64,000 bases of DNA, taken from NCBI GenBank assembly GCA_965248195.1, contig CBDFIQ010000002.1, positions 96,001 through 160,000 of the forward strand. The letters are read 5' to 3'. The notes beneath the pieces were generated by a model, which searched no databases, was not told the origin of the DNA, and worked only from the letters and a program-made list of their open reading frames with translations. The stretch is from Longimicrobiales bacterium. Lineage in GTDB: Bacteria > Gemmatimonadota > Gemmatimonadetes > Longimicrobiales > Gaopeijiaceae. Positions 9,092 to 18,506 of the stretch are shown here, piece by piece. A program made the translations under genes and the position numbers. Position 1 is the stretch's first letter. Each line of letters starts with the position of its first letter.

Positions 9092-10303
9092 GTGTCTGAA
9101 CGCGGACCCGACGTGTTGGACAAGGCGTACGAGTTCCACGTCGCGGACGACGCCAGAAAGGCAGGCGTCTACCCGTACTTCAAACCTTTTGACTACAACG
9201 ACGGACCCGAGTCGGTCATCGATGGCAAACGTGTGACGATGTTCGGCTCCAACAACTACCTGGGGCTGACCACACACCCCAGGGTTCGGGAGGCGGCCGT
9301 CGCCGCCATCGCGAGGTTCGGAACGAGCATGACCGGGTCTCGCTTCGTGAACGGCTCTATGAAGCTGCATGGAGATTTCGAAGAGAAAATCGCCTCTTTT
9401 TATGGGAGAGAGTCCGCGCTCGTCTTCACCACTGGTTATCAGGTGAACCTCGCCTTGGGCTCTGCCCTCCTCGGTGCGGAGGACAGCGTCGCTGTGGTGG
9501 ACCGAAGCGTGCATGCGTCGATCTATGACGGCGTACGCCTGGGCCAGGCGGCGGGCGGGCGGATGGTTCGGTTCAGACACAACTCGGCGGCTTCCCTGGA
9601 CCGCGCACTCTCCAAGCTCAAGGCCACTGAATCCGCACTCGTGATGACGGATGGCGTGTTCAGCGCCGAGGGTGACATCGCGAAGCTTAACGACCTGATC
9701 CCGGTGGTCCAGAAGCATGGTGCGAGACTCTTTTTGGACGACGCTCACGCTCTTGGAGTCATCGGGCCAGGCGGGCGCGGCACCGCGCATTACTTCGGCT
9801 TGGAGGGTGATGTCGATCTTATCGGAGGCACGTTCAGCAAGTCGCTGGCCAGTGTCGGCGGGTACCTCGTCGGAGAGCGGAAGGTGCTGGATTACATAAG
9901 ACATTTCGCACCTTCCTTCATGTTTGCGGCAAGTGGGGCGCCGTCCTGTATTGCCGCGGCGATGGCCGCGTTCGAGGTAATGCAGGAAGAGACTTGGCGG
10001 ATTGATAAATTGAGGGAGAACTACACCTACATGAAGGATGAGCTCACAAGGATGGGGTTCGAGCTGAGTGCCACGGAGAGCGCCGTCATCCCGATCTACG
10101 TTCGTGATGATGCGCGCACACTGGAGTTTTGGAGGGTGTTGTTGGAGGATTACTCCGTGTACACGAATCCATTTATCTCGCCGGGCGTGCTGCCCCGGGA
10201 CTCTCTCCTGCGCACGAGCTACATGGCCACCCATGATCGCGAACATCTCGATCGGGGCCTCGAGGCCCTCCGAAGCGTCGGGAAGCACCTCGGGGTAATC
10301 TGA
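9092..10303 (+). CDS. spt: Serine palmitoyltransferase-like PLP-dependent alpha-oxoamine synthase
   Basis: GVYPYF, FGSNNYLGL, TGSRFVNG, VHASIYDG, DDAHALG, PLP-lysine motif GTFSKSLASVGG; flanked by GNAT, SDR and ACP as in bacterial sphingolipid loci. Confidence 0.8.
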   Translation: MSERGPDVLDKAYEFHVADDARKAGVYPYFKPFDYNDGPESVIDGKRVTMFGSNNYLGLTTHPRVREAAVAAIARFGTSMTGSRFVNGSMKLHGDFEEKIASFYGRESALVFTTGYQVNLALGSALLGAEDSVAVVDRSVHASIYDGVRLGQAAGGRMVRFRHNSAASLDRALSKLKATESALVMTDGVFSAEGDIAKLNDLIPVVQKHGARLFLDDAHALGVIGPGGRGTAHYFGLEGDVDLIGGTFSKSLASVGGYLVGERKVLDYIRHFAPSFMFAASGAPSCIAAAMAAFEVMQEETWRIDKLRENYTYMKDELTRMGFELSATESAVIPIYVRDDARTLEFWRVLLEDYSVYTNPFISPGVLPRDSLLRTSYMATHDREHLDRGLEALRSVGKHLGVI

Positions 10304-10378
10304 ATCGTCGGCGAACCCGTCCAAGGGCGGAGTTCGCGTTCAGGGCGCGGATGAGCGGCGAAAAGGGGACGACAGTCT

Positions 10379-11365
10379 GTGCGAATCTTGCTGACGGGAG
10401 CCTCTGGATTTCTCGGCTCTCACATTGCCGAGCAACTCGATCAGCAAGGTGCCGATGTCCGTGCGTTGGTCCGGCCGACGAGTGATACCCGATTTCTGGA
10501 AGGGCTCGCGCATGTGACACTTCTGTCCGGGGCGATGAGCGACGAGGGCAGCTTACTCGCGGCGACAGAAGGTGTGGACGGAATTATCCATGCTGCTGGT
10601 TTGGTCAAGGCCAGGGCGCCGGCCGACTTTTACCGGACGAACGAGCAGGGGACAGCCAATCTACTCGATGCAGCGAAGCAAAACGCTCCGGATATCGAGC
10701 GCTTCGTGTTGATCTCGTCGCTGGCGGTGATGGGACCTAGCGAGGACGGACGGCCCGTCCTGGGGGGCGCGCCTCCCAATCCAGTGACCCACTATGGACG
10801 GAGTAAACTGGCCGCAGAACGAGCCGCGCGGGCCGAGGCGCACTCGCTGCCGATCACGATCATCAGGCCCCCGATGATCTACGGACCCCGCGATCGGGAG
10901 ATCTTTCCCTTCTTCAAGTCCGTGCAGCTAGGGGTTCTTCCGTTGACGGGCTTGTCGGGTTCCCGGCTGAGCGCCATTTACGCCACCGACTGTGCCGCGG
11001 CGTGCATCAAGGCGCTCGGGGCGAACGTACCTAGCGGCTCTAGATATTTTGTCGAGGATGGACACCTGGAAACTCTAGGGGGACTGATTGCCCACATCGA
11101 AAACGCGCTCGGCAGGCGCGCCTGGTTGCGAATCCCGGTGCCCCGCCTCCTGATGCACGGGGCGGCTCTGGCCAGCGAACTCTACGGAAGGGTCAGGGGA
11201 CGTGCGGTCATGTTGACGCGGGACAAACTGAACGAAATATTGGCCCCACACTGGGTGTGCGATTCATCGGAAGCGCAATCCGCGCTTGGGTGGAAGCCTC
11301 GCATTTCCTTCGAGGAGGGGACCCGGATCACCGGCGCATGGTATCGCAGCGAGGGTTGGCTTTAG
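10379..11365 (+). CDS. NAD-dependent epimerase/dehydratase-family extended SDR, putative ceramide reductase (CerR-like)
   Basis: TGASGFLG Rossmann motif, HAAG, ISSLA, catalytic YGRSK, IRPPMIYGP; directly downstream of spt. Confidence 0.75.
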   Translation: MRILLTGASGFLGSHIAEQLDQQGADVRALVRPTSDTRFLEGLAHVTLLSGAMSDEGSLLAATEGVDGIIHAAGLVKARAPADFYRTNEQGTANLLDAAKQNAPDIERFVLISSLAVMGPSEDGRPVLGGAPPNPVTHYGRSKLAAERAARAEAHSLPITIIRPPMIYGPRDREIFPFFKSVQLGVLPLTGLSGSRLSAIYATDCAAACIKALGANVPSGSRYFVEDGHLETLGGLIAHIENALGRRAWLRIPVPRLLMHGAALASELYGRVRGRAVMLTRDKLNEILAPHWVCDSSEAQSALGWKPRISFEEGTRITGAWYRSEGWL

Positions 11366-11452
11366 GGTCAGACGGGCACAAAGCGTGCAAGCATGGTATG
11401 TTAATATTCGATTCCTGCAGGATTGTCGTCTAAGTCCAAGTTGGAGGCCCCG

Positions 11453-11692
11453 TTGAAGTCTTATGATTTTCTCGTCAAGCTTCTTGTAGAGGAGTTTGGC
11501 GTGGACGCCGGCGAGTTGGTCCCCGACGCGTCGCCGGTGGGTCTCGGACTGGACTCCCTTTCCACCATGGAGATGGTGAGGGAGCTGGAGGACGAGTTCG
11601 GCATCAAGTTCTCGACACAGCAGGTTAATTTTTCCACCCTGGGTGAGGCGGCGGCCCTAGCCGATGAGTTGATCGAGGCCAAGGGTCTCTGA
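11453..11692 (+). CDS. Acyl carrier protein (copy 1)
   Basis: LGLDSL phosphopantetheine motif, ELEDEFGI; likely TTG start at 11453 after GGAGG. Confidence 0.88.
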   Translation: MKSYDFLVKLLVEEFGVDAGELVPDASPVGLGLDSLSTMEMVRELEDEFGIKFSTQQVNFSTLGEAAALADELIEAKGL

Positions 11693-11697
11693 GCCCT

Positions 11698-12942
11698 GTG
11701 CCCGTTCGCCGCACGTTCATCACAGGGATCGGCATCGTGTCTCCTCACGGGGACGACATGGATGCCGTGTTCGATCGGGTTTTTGCGGGAGAATCTGCGG
11801 TCCGCAAGGTGCCGATCGAGGCCAACGGGTCGAGGAGCGACATGCTTCTGTCACCGGTCGACTTCGATCCCGGCCACCTGATTCCCAAGCTACCGGGCCG
11901 TTACATGGCCCGGGCGAGCAAGATGGCGGTGGTCGCCGCGCATCACGCCTTGGAGGGATCGGGCCTGTTGGTATCCGGTGCTGGGCCGGCGGAGACGGGA
12001 ATTTACATAGGGTGTGGACTGGGGGGCTCCGAAGAGCTCCAGGCGCACTATGAACGTTATCTGGCTGATCCCCCCAGGAGGCTGAGAGCCGCGACCACGC
12101 CGATGATCATGGCGAGTGGTCCGGCCTCACACATCTCCATGACGTATGGGATTACCGGCCCGAGCGTGACCTATTCCATCGCATGCGTATCCTCGGCGGT
12201 GGCGATCGGCGAGGCGTTTCGTGCGATTCGACATGGGTACCTCGAGACGGCCTTGGCCGGCGGAGCCGAAGCCCAACTCAACACCGGGACCTTGGCTGGT
12301 TGGAGGGAGCTTAGCGTCCTCGCGAGTGAACACGCGACCGGTGCCGAGGCTTCCAGCCGGCCGTTCGACACGCAGCGGACAGGCCTGGTGCTCGGCGAGG
12401 GCTCCGTCGTTCTCGTGCTCGAAAGCGAGAGCGCAGCTCGAGCCAGAGGTGCAGAGCCACTCGCGGAGATCGTGGGCTACGGTGTCTCCAGCGATGCGTA
12501 CAACCTTACGGAGCCTTCTCCGGATGGTCAGGCTCGTGCGATGCGCTTGGCGCTGGAGGACGCATCCGTTTCGTGCGCGCGCATAGGGTATGTGAACGCA
12601 CACGCCACCGGCACGCTCTTGGGAGATCGGGTGGAGACGGAAGCCATCAAGAATACCTTCGGCTCGCATGCCGACAAGCTGGCGGTAAGCTCCACAAAGT
12701 CGGTTCACGGCCACCTGATCGGCGCCACGAGCGCGCTGGAGACTGCGTTGACGGTTCGTATGTTAGAGACCGGCCGGATCGCGCCAACCGCAAACCTCAC
12801 CGATCCCGATCCGCAGTGCGACTTGGATTGTGTGCCGTTGGTCGGCCGAGAGGCTCCGGGGCTGGAGTACGCCATTACGAACTCATTTGCTTTTGGTGGC
12901 ACCAATGCGACGCTGGTGCTGCGAAAGGCGATCGCCTCATGA
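11698..12942 (+). CDS. fabF: Beta-ketoacyl-ACP synthase II-like (copy 1)
   Basis: IACVSS (catalytic Cys), NAHATGT, KSVHGHLIGA, NSFAFGGTN. Confidence 0.9.
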   Translation: MPVRRTFITGIGIVSPHGDDMDAVFDRVFAGESAVRKVPIEANGSRSDMLLSPVDFDPGHLIPKLPGRYMARASKMAVVAAHHALEGSGLLVSGAGPAETGIYIGCGLGGSEELQAHYERYLADPPRRLRAATTPMIMASGPASHISMTYGITGPSVTYSIACVSSAVAIGEAFRAIRHGYLETALAGGAEAQLNTGTLAGWRELSVLASEHATGAEASSRPFDTQRTGLVLGEGSVVLVLESESAARARGAEPLAEIVGYGVSSDAYNLTEPSPDGQARAMRLALEDASVSCARIGYVNAHATGTLLGDRVETEAIKNTFGSHADKLAVSSTKSVHGHLIGATSALETALTVRMLETGRIAPTANLTDPDPQCDLDCVPLVGREAPGLEYAITNSFAFGGTNATLVLRKAIAS

Positions 12943-13000
12943 AGACGAATGGTACATTATGTCTTCCGTACCAGATCATGTCTTCAGGAGGTGTGAGCGC

Positions 13001-13240
13001 GTGACCCCCTATGCGTTCTTGGCCGAGACTTTGGCCGAAAAATACGAGGTCGATCGGGACGCGATCAGCCCCGAGGCGACGCTGACCGAGCTCGGACTCG
13101 ACTCCCTCACGATCGTCGAGCTCCTGTTCGACGTTGAAGACGAATTCGACATCGAGGTTCCCGAGGAGCGCGCCACCTTTCAGACGCTTGCGGAAGCCGC
13201 GGCGTTGGTGGAGGAACTCGTCCGAGCCAAGGGGGCCTGA
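13001..13240 (+). CDS. Acyl carrier protein (copy 2)
   Basis: LGLDSL motif, DVEDEFDIEV; GTG at 13001 preceded by AGGAGG. Confidence 0.9.
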   Translation: MTPYAFLAETLAEKYEVDRDAISPEATLTELGLDSLTIVELLFDVEDEFDIEVPEERATFQTLAEAAALVEELVRAKGA

Positions 13241-13246
13241 GCCCCC

Positions 13247-14482
13247 GTGCATGGCCGCCGCGTCTTCGTGACGGGGCTCGGGTCAGTTTCCCCGCACGGG
13301 GATGACCCGGCGGCGATGTTCGAGAGGATCTGTCTCGGAGAGTCTGCCATCCGTATGGTCCGATCCGGCACTCCGGAAATGGGGGCCGATGTGCTGCTCG
13401 CCTCCATCGAATTTGAGCCTGGCGACCGAATCAATAAGGTTGACCGCCTCTTCATGGCGCGGGCGGCCCAAATGGCCGTGGTCGCCACCCGAAACGCTCT
13501 GGAGGACTCCGGTCTCATGGCTGAAGGGCGTGGGCCCGAGGAGGCAGGAGTGTTCATGGGGTGCGGGCTCGGAGGAGCCGAAGTCCTTCAGCATTCCTAC
13601 AGTATCTACTTCGAGCGACAAACCAGGCGGGGTAGGCCGACCACGGTCCCTATGATCATGGCCAATGGGCCAGCCTCTCAGGTTTGCATGCAATTCGGAA
13701 TCTACGGGCCCGCCCATACATACTCGATCGCGTGCGCCTCGTCATCCGTTGCCATCGGCGAAGCCTTTCGGTCCATCCGAGACGGGTACTCTGACGTGGT
13801 CATCGCCGGGGGAGCGGAGGCCATGCTCAACGACGGGTCCGTGGCTGCATGGCAGGCCGTCGGTGTGATTGCCAAGGAGCACGCGGATGGCGCGGGGGCG
13901 TCTTGCCGTCCGTTCGACCTGGAACGTACGGGCCTCGTTCTGGGAGAAGGGGCCGCCACGCTCATTCTCGAGAGCGAGGAGCGAGCCGCGGCACGGGGGG
14001 CCGACCTCCTCGCGGAGATCATCGGTTTCGGCGCTTCAAGCGACGCGCACAAGCTCACGGAGCCGTCGGTCGACGGGCAGGAGCGTGCCATTCGGAATGC
14101 TCTCGAAGATGCCGGGCTCCCGGCCGATGCTGTGGGTTACATCAATGCGCACGCGACGGGAACCCCTGCTGGTGATCGGGTCGAGATCGAGGCGATCAAG
14201 CGGGCGTTCGGGGGGGCGGCTCAGCGCGTCGCCATCAGTTCGACCAAGTCCATGCATGGACACCTCGTGGGAGCATCCGGTGCGCTCGAGTGCGCAGTTA
14301 CAGCGCTGGCGCTCTGCGAGCGCCGGATTCCGCCGACGGCCCACTTGACTGTGCCGGATCCGGCATGCGATCTCGATTGTGTCCCCGGTGTGGGTCGCGA
14401 CGCTCCGGATCTCGAGGTCGCCATGTCGAATTCGTTCGCTTTCGGGGGGTCGAACGCCACGCTGGTACTGCGGCGGGCTTGA
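13247..14482 (+). CDS. fabF: Beta-ketoacyl-ACP synthase II-like (copy 2)
   Basis: IACASS, NAHATGT, KSMHGHLVGA, NSFAFGGSN; colinear with copy 1. Confidence 0.9.
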   Translation: MHGRRVFVTGLGSVSPHGDDPAAMFERICLGESAIRMVRSGTPEMGADVLLASIEFEPGDRINKVDRLFMARAAQMAVVATRNALEDSGLMAEGRGPEEAGVFMGCGLGGAEVLQHSYSIYFERQTRRGRPTTVPMIMANGPASQVCMQFGIYGPAHTYSIACASSSVAIGEAFRSIRDGYSDVVIAGGAEAMLNDGSVAAWQAVGVIAKEHADGAGASCRPFDLERTGLVLGEGAATLILESEERAAARGADLLAEIIGFGASSDAHKLTEPSVDGQERAIRNALEDAGLPADAVGYINAHATGTPAGDRVEIEAIKRAFGGAAQRVAISSTKSMHGHLVGASGALECAVTALALCERRIPPTAHLTVPDPACDLDCVPGVGRDAPDLEVAMSNSFAFGGSNATLVLRRA

Positions 14483-14496
14483 CGCGGAGCGTCATC

Positions 14497-15480
14497 ATGC
14501 CCGGTGTGCGCCTCGCCCCTTGGAGCCCGACTCTCTTGCGGGCTGGCATCCTCGTCGGCGCGACGCTGCTGCTCGTGGTGGCGCTTCGGGACATCGATTG
14601 GGACCGGCTGCTTCAACTGCTTCGAGCGCTCCGCCTCCCCTGGGTCGCCGTCGCCATCGGTCTGAACGGGTCGATCATCGTTCTGTGGTCGCTACAGTGG
14701 AGGATTTTGGTGCCTGGCGAAGGCTCAGTGACATGGGCTGACATGTTCCTGGTGGTCTCTGCCATGGCCATGATCTCGAATTCGGTTCCGTTCATGGTCG
14801 GCCAAGCCTCGGGCGTGTTGCTTCTGGCTCGATACGGGCGCATCGGCCCGGCCTCCGCGCTGTCGGTTTATACGATGGAGCAAGTGGCCGAAGGGATCGC
14901 CAAGATCGTGGTGGTGGTCGGTGTGGCATTGTTCGCCCCGTTACCCCCTTGGCTCGCTCGCGGCGTGCGGGGTCTCGCGGTGCTAGTGTCGGTGCTCGGC
15001 GTGACGTTCGTCGCCCTTGCCTTTCGCTTCCGACACCCTCCTTTTGCTCCGCAGCCAGCGGGTGCGCTTGGCCGATTGAAGCGCTTTGGAGCCCAATGGG
15101 CCCACTCGCTCGAAGGGCTACGTACGCCGCACGTGTTCGGGGCCGGGCTCGCTCTCGCATTGGGGATGAAAACGGCCGAATTGGGGGGAATCATCGCTGT
15201 TCAGCATTCTCTGGGCTTGGACTTGCCGGTGGGCACCGCCCTTTTGGTTTTGGCGAGCGTCAACTTTGCGACGATCGTTTCAGTCTCACCCGGAAATCTG
15301 GGCGTGTTCGAGGCTGCGTCGTTTGCCGCATACCGGCTCGCGGGCGTCAGTCCGGAGCAGGCCTTTGCGTTGAGCCTGGTCCAGCACGTCTGCTACCTGA
15401 TTCCGATGCTGGGGGTGGGGTACGTCAATGGTGGGATGCGGGTGTTCAAGGAGCTTCGAGATCCGGCAGCTCCCTCATGA
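14497..15480 (+). CDS. Lysylphosphatidylglycerol synthase TM-domain (flippase-like) membrane protein
   Basis: Multi-TM protein: LRDIDW..L, QWRIL, SPGNLGVFEA, AFALSLVQH; ATG at 14497. Confidence 0.8.
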   Translation: MPGVRLAPWSPTLLRAGILVGATLLLVVALRDIDWDRLLQLLRALRLPWVAVAIGLNGSIIVLWSLQWRILVPGEGSVTWADMFLVVSAMAMISNSVPFMVGQASGVLLLARYGRIGPASALSVYTMEQVAEGIAKIVVVVGVALFAPLPPWLARGVRGLAVLVSVLGVTFVALAFRFRHPPFAPQPAGALGRLKRFGAQWAHSLEGLRTPHVFGAGLALALGMKTAELGGIIAVQHSLGLDLPVGTALLVLASVNFATIVSVSPGNLGVFEAASFAAYRLAGVSPEQAFALSLVQHVCYLIPMLGVGYVNGGMRVFKELRDPAAPS

Positions 15481-16529
15481 GCGACTCATCCCAATCGGTG
15501 CGGATCGTCATCGCCAGCTATCTGGAGCCACACCATGTGGATCGCATTCGTGCGGTGAATCCACGCCTCGAGGTCGTGTACGAGCCTCACCTGCTTCCGC
15601 GGCCGCGGTTTGCGGCGGACCATGTGGGGCACACGTTCGAGCGTCCGGAGGAGGACGAGAAGCGTTGGTTGTCTCTGCTCGCCGAGGCCGAGGTCCTGTT
15701 CGATTTCGACCGAACTCACCTGGAGGATCTCCCGGAGCTGGCACCCTCGCTGAGGTGGATCCAGGCGACGAGCGCCGGGATCGGCCAACTCGTCGCCCGG
15801 CATCGGTACGTGGAGCGCATGCCTAACGCCGTGTTCACGACGGCCAGTGGGGTCCATGCGATACCCCTGGCCGAGTACGCCCTGATGTCCATCCTCATTT
15901 TCCGGAAGAGGGTCCCTGGGATGCTCACCGATCAGCGGGAACGCCGGTGGGAGCCCTTCGCCTCGACCGATCTCACGAAGCGGAGTCTTGCCGTCGTGGG
16001 GATGGGCTCGATCGGGCGGGAGGTGGCTCGTGTGGCATCGGAGTTCGGAATGCGGACCATCGGCGTGAAGCGGACCGTGGCCGGGGTCGACCCTGCTTCT
16101 CTTCACCTGGAGACTCTTTACCCGTTCGATGAACTCCACGCGGCCCTCCGCGGAGCCGAGCACCTCGTATTATCGGCTCCCCACACGCCCGAGACGGAGG
16201 GGCTGATAGGAGCGGCCGAGCTCGCTCTGCTCGCTCCCGGTGCCATCCTCGTCAACGTGGCACGTGGCGCGCTCGTCGACGAATCCGCCTTGGTCGACGC
16301 CCTCGAGTCGGGTCACATCGGAGGGGCGGCGCTCGACGTGTTCCAAGAGGAACCGCTCCCCGCCGACTCCCCGTTCTGGATGATGCCGAACGTGTTCGTC
16401 TGCTCGCATTCGGCGGGAACGAGCGACCGCGAGAACGAGAGGATTATGGATATCTTCTGCGAGAACCTTCTCCGGTACCTTGCGGACGAGCCACTACTGA
16501 ACGTGCTGGATGCGGCCAGGATGTACTAG
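15477..16529 (+). CDS. D-2-hydroxyacid dehydrogenase
   Basis: WIQATSAG, VGMGSIG, PHTPET.GLI, VNVARG, GAALDVF..EPLP; ATGA overlap with the flippase gene. Confidence 0.9.
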   Translation: MSDSSQSVRIVIASYLEPHHVDRIRAVNPRLEVVYEPHLLPRPRFAADHVGHTFERPEEDEKRWLSLLAEAEVLFDFDRTHLEDLPELAPSLRWIQATSAGIGQLVARHRYVERMPNAVFTTASGVHAIPLAEYALMSILIFRKRVPGMLTDQRERRWEPFASTDLTKRSLAVVGMGSIGREVARVASEFGMRTIGVKRTVAGVDPASLHLETLYPFDELHAALRGAEHLVLSAPHTPETEGLIGAAELALLAPGAILVNVARGALVDESALVDALESGHIGGAALDVFQEEPLPADSPFWMMPNVFVCSHSAGTSDRENERIMDIFCENLLRYLADEPLLNVLDAARMY

Positions 16530-16649
16530 ATCCTCCTTCGTTCGTATCATGGTGTAGGCTACGGCCCTCCCCGTTATTGGGGTTTTGAGCATGATCACGC
16601 GAGGGGGCTTCTTCGCGCCGACCCCCCCCTTTGCCGGACGGAGGTGACA

Positions 16650-18410
16650 ATGCGTCGCACGCGACCGTTTGCGACCCTTTTCGCGGCATCCCTTGTTAGT
16701 GCTTGTGCGGGGGCTACGCCGCCGCCCGTTGCTTCGCCCATTCTCGAGCCAGAGCCGCCGGCGCTTGCCGTTCCCGATCCCGGCGTCGATTACGATCTGA
16801 TCATCGAGAATGGCCGGGTCGTGGATGGTACGGGGAGCGCGTGGTTTTATGGCGACGTGGCCGTGAAGGACGGCCGGATCGCTCGGATCACGCCGGGCGG
16901 CCTGCTGAGGGGCGCGACGGCGACCGAGAGGGTGGATGCCCGTGGGCACGTGGTATCGCCCGGCTTCATCGACATTCAGAGCCAGTCCCGCTACGCCCTG
17001 TTGTCGGGCGACAGCCGAGTCATCAGCAAGGTCACTCAAGGCGTCACCACCGAGATCATGGGGGAGGGGACGACAACGGCTCCGGTCAATCCGAGCTACC
17101 TCGCCCCGCCCACGGACGCCGACTCGGAGGCTGACCGCCAGGCCCGACTTTTCTCGGGGGAGCGGGGGTTCGACCAGTGGCTTCGGGCCATGGAGGCCCG
17201 GGGTACCTCCGTAAACCAGGGATCCTTCCTCGGGGGTGGCACGCTCCGCGCATATGCCGTCGGATCGCGGATGGGGGAAGCCAGTCCGGCCGAGCTGGAC
17301 TCGATGAAGGCGGTGGTGCGCAGAGCCATGGAGGACGGCGCTTTCGGCGTAGCGACCGCGCTGATCTATGCGCCGGGAAACTTCGCCTCCACCGCAGAGT
17401 TGGGAGAAGTCGCGGCGGCGATGGCCCCCTACGGTGGCGTTTACATCACCCACCTCCGCTCCGAGGCCAACAACCTTCTTCAAGCCATCGACGAGGCGAT
17501 CGAGATCGGAGCCCTTGGCGATGTGCCGGTGGAGATCTTTCATCTCAAGGCCGGCGGCCGGGAGAATTGGTCCAAGACGGCACAAGCCATCGCGAAGATC
17601 GATTCGGCGAGGGCCGCCGGCGTCGACGTTCAGGCGAACATGTATCCGTATGTGGCAGGCAGCACTGGGCTCACATCGTGTTTCCCGCCGTCGGCGTCGG
17701 CCAACGGGAGACTTTTCCGCAATCTAGCAGACACCGAAGCACGGGCGCGGATTCGGGCTGAGATCGAAAACCAGACTGAGGACTGGGAGAACCTCTGTGC
17801 CCTGGCGGCGCCGCGCGGGGTGCTCCTTCTCGGCTTCGACAACGCGGAAAACCGGCGAAAGTACTCCGGGCGTTATCTGGACGACGTTGCGCGGGAGTTC
17901 GGCAAAGACTGGATCGAGACCGCGATGGACCTGGTCCTCGACGAGCGTCAACGGATCGGCACCGTCTTCTTCATGATGAGTGAGGACAACGTCCGGCTTC
18001 AGATCAGACAGCCGTGGATGAAATTCGGTACCGATGCGGGGGGGGTGAATCCCCGGACTACCACGGCTCTGATTCACCCGAGGTCGTACGGCACCTACAC
18101 CCGGATCCTTGGCCGGTACGTTAGAGAGCAGGGTGTCGTGCCCCTTGAAGACGCTATCCGAAAGATGTCTTCAGCAGTCGCAACACGTCTGTCGATTCCT
18201 GATCGGGGTGTGCTCCGTGAGGGTTTTTATGCCGACGTCGTCATTTTCAACCCAGAGACCGTCATCGACAGGGCCACGTACGAAGATCCCCACCAGGTCT
18301 CGGACGGGATCCGAGACGTTTTCGTGAACGGCGTGGCCGTTGTTCGGGGAGGCGCGCACACGGGTGCCAAGCCGGGCATGATCGTGCGAGGGCCCGGGTA
18401 TCGCCCCTGA
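16650..18410 (+). CDS. N-acyl-D-amino-acid deacylase family amidohydrolase, probable lipoprotein
   Basis: Lipobox-like LVSAC, YDLIIENGRVVDGTG, PGFID, QGVTTE, HPRSYGTY.RILG, RGVLREG.YADVVIF. Confidence 0.88.
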   Translation: MRRTRPFATLFAASLVSACAGATPPPVASPILEPEPPALAVPDPGVDYDLIIENGRVVDGTGSAWFYGDVAVKDGRIARITPGGLLRGATATERVDARGHVVSPGFIDIQSQSRYALLSGDSRVISKVTQGVTTEIMGEGTTTAPVNPSYLAPPTDADSEADRQARLFSGERGFDQWLRAMEARGTSVNQGSFLGGGTLRAYAVGSRMGEASPAELDSMKAVVRRAMEDGAFGVATALIYAPGNFASTAELGEVAAAMAPYGGVYITHLRSEANNLLQAIDEAIEIGALGDVPVEIFHLKAGGRENWSKTAQAIAKIDSARAAGVDVQANMYPYVAGSTGLTSCFPPSASANGRLFRNLADTEARARIRAEIENQTEDWENLCALAAPRGVLLLGFDNAENRRKYSGRYLDDVAREFGKDWIETAMDLVLDERQRIGTVFFMMSEDNVRLQIRQPWMKFGTDAGGVNPRTTTALIHPRSYGTYTRILGRYVREQGVVPLEDAIRKMSSAVATRLSIPDRGVLREGFYADVVIFNPETVIDRATYEDPHQVSDGIRDVFVNGVAVVRGGAHTGAKPGMIVRGPGYRP

Positions 18411-18506
18411 CCCTGAAACACTTTCTCTCCACAAACGTATTAGGTAAGCAAGAGTTCGAGGGGAGAGGATCGATTGGGACGGGTCCGGTGAGGAAGGAGG
18501 CGGAAG

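Noticed and set aside
9092..10303. BioF or Kbl annotation
   Set aside because: No biotin or threonine-catabolism neighbours; motifs and GNAT/SDR/ACP context favour Spt, though phylogeny is needed.
8996..10324. Long antisense ORF over spt (similar ones at 22715-24202, 48674-50698, 52728-53840, 56469-57557)
   Set aside because: Shadow ORFs expected in GC-rich DNA; no motifs, and the opposite strand encodes recognisable proteins.
11698..14482. Type II PKS / aryl-polyene or ladderane cluster
   Set aside because: Both KS keep full catalytic triads (no chain-length factor), and no cyclase, dehydratase or FabG-type reductase is nearby; the spt context fits better.
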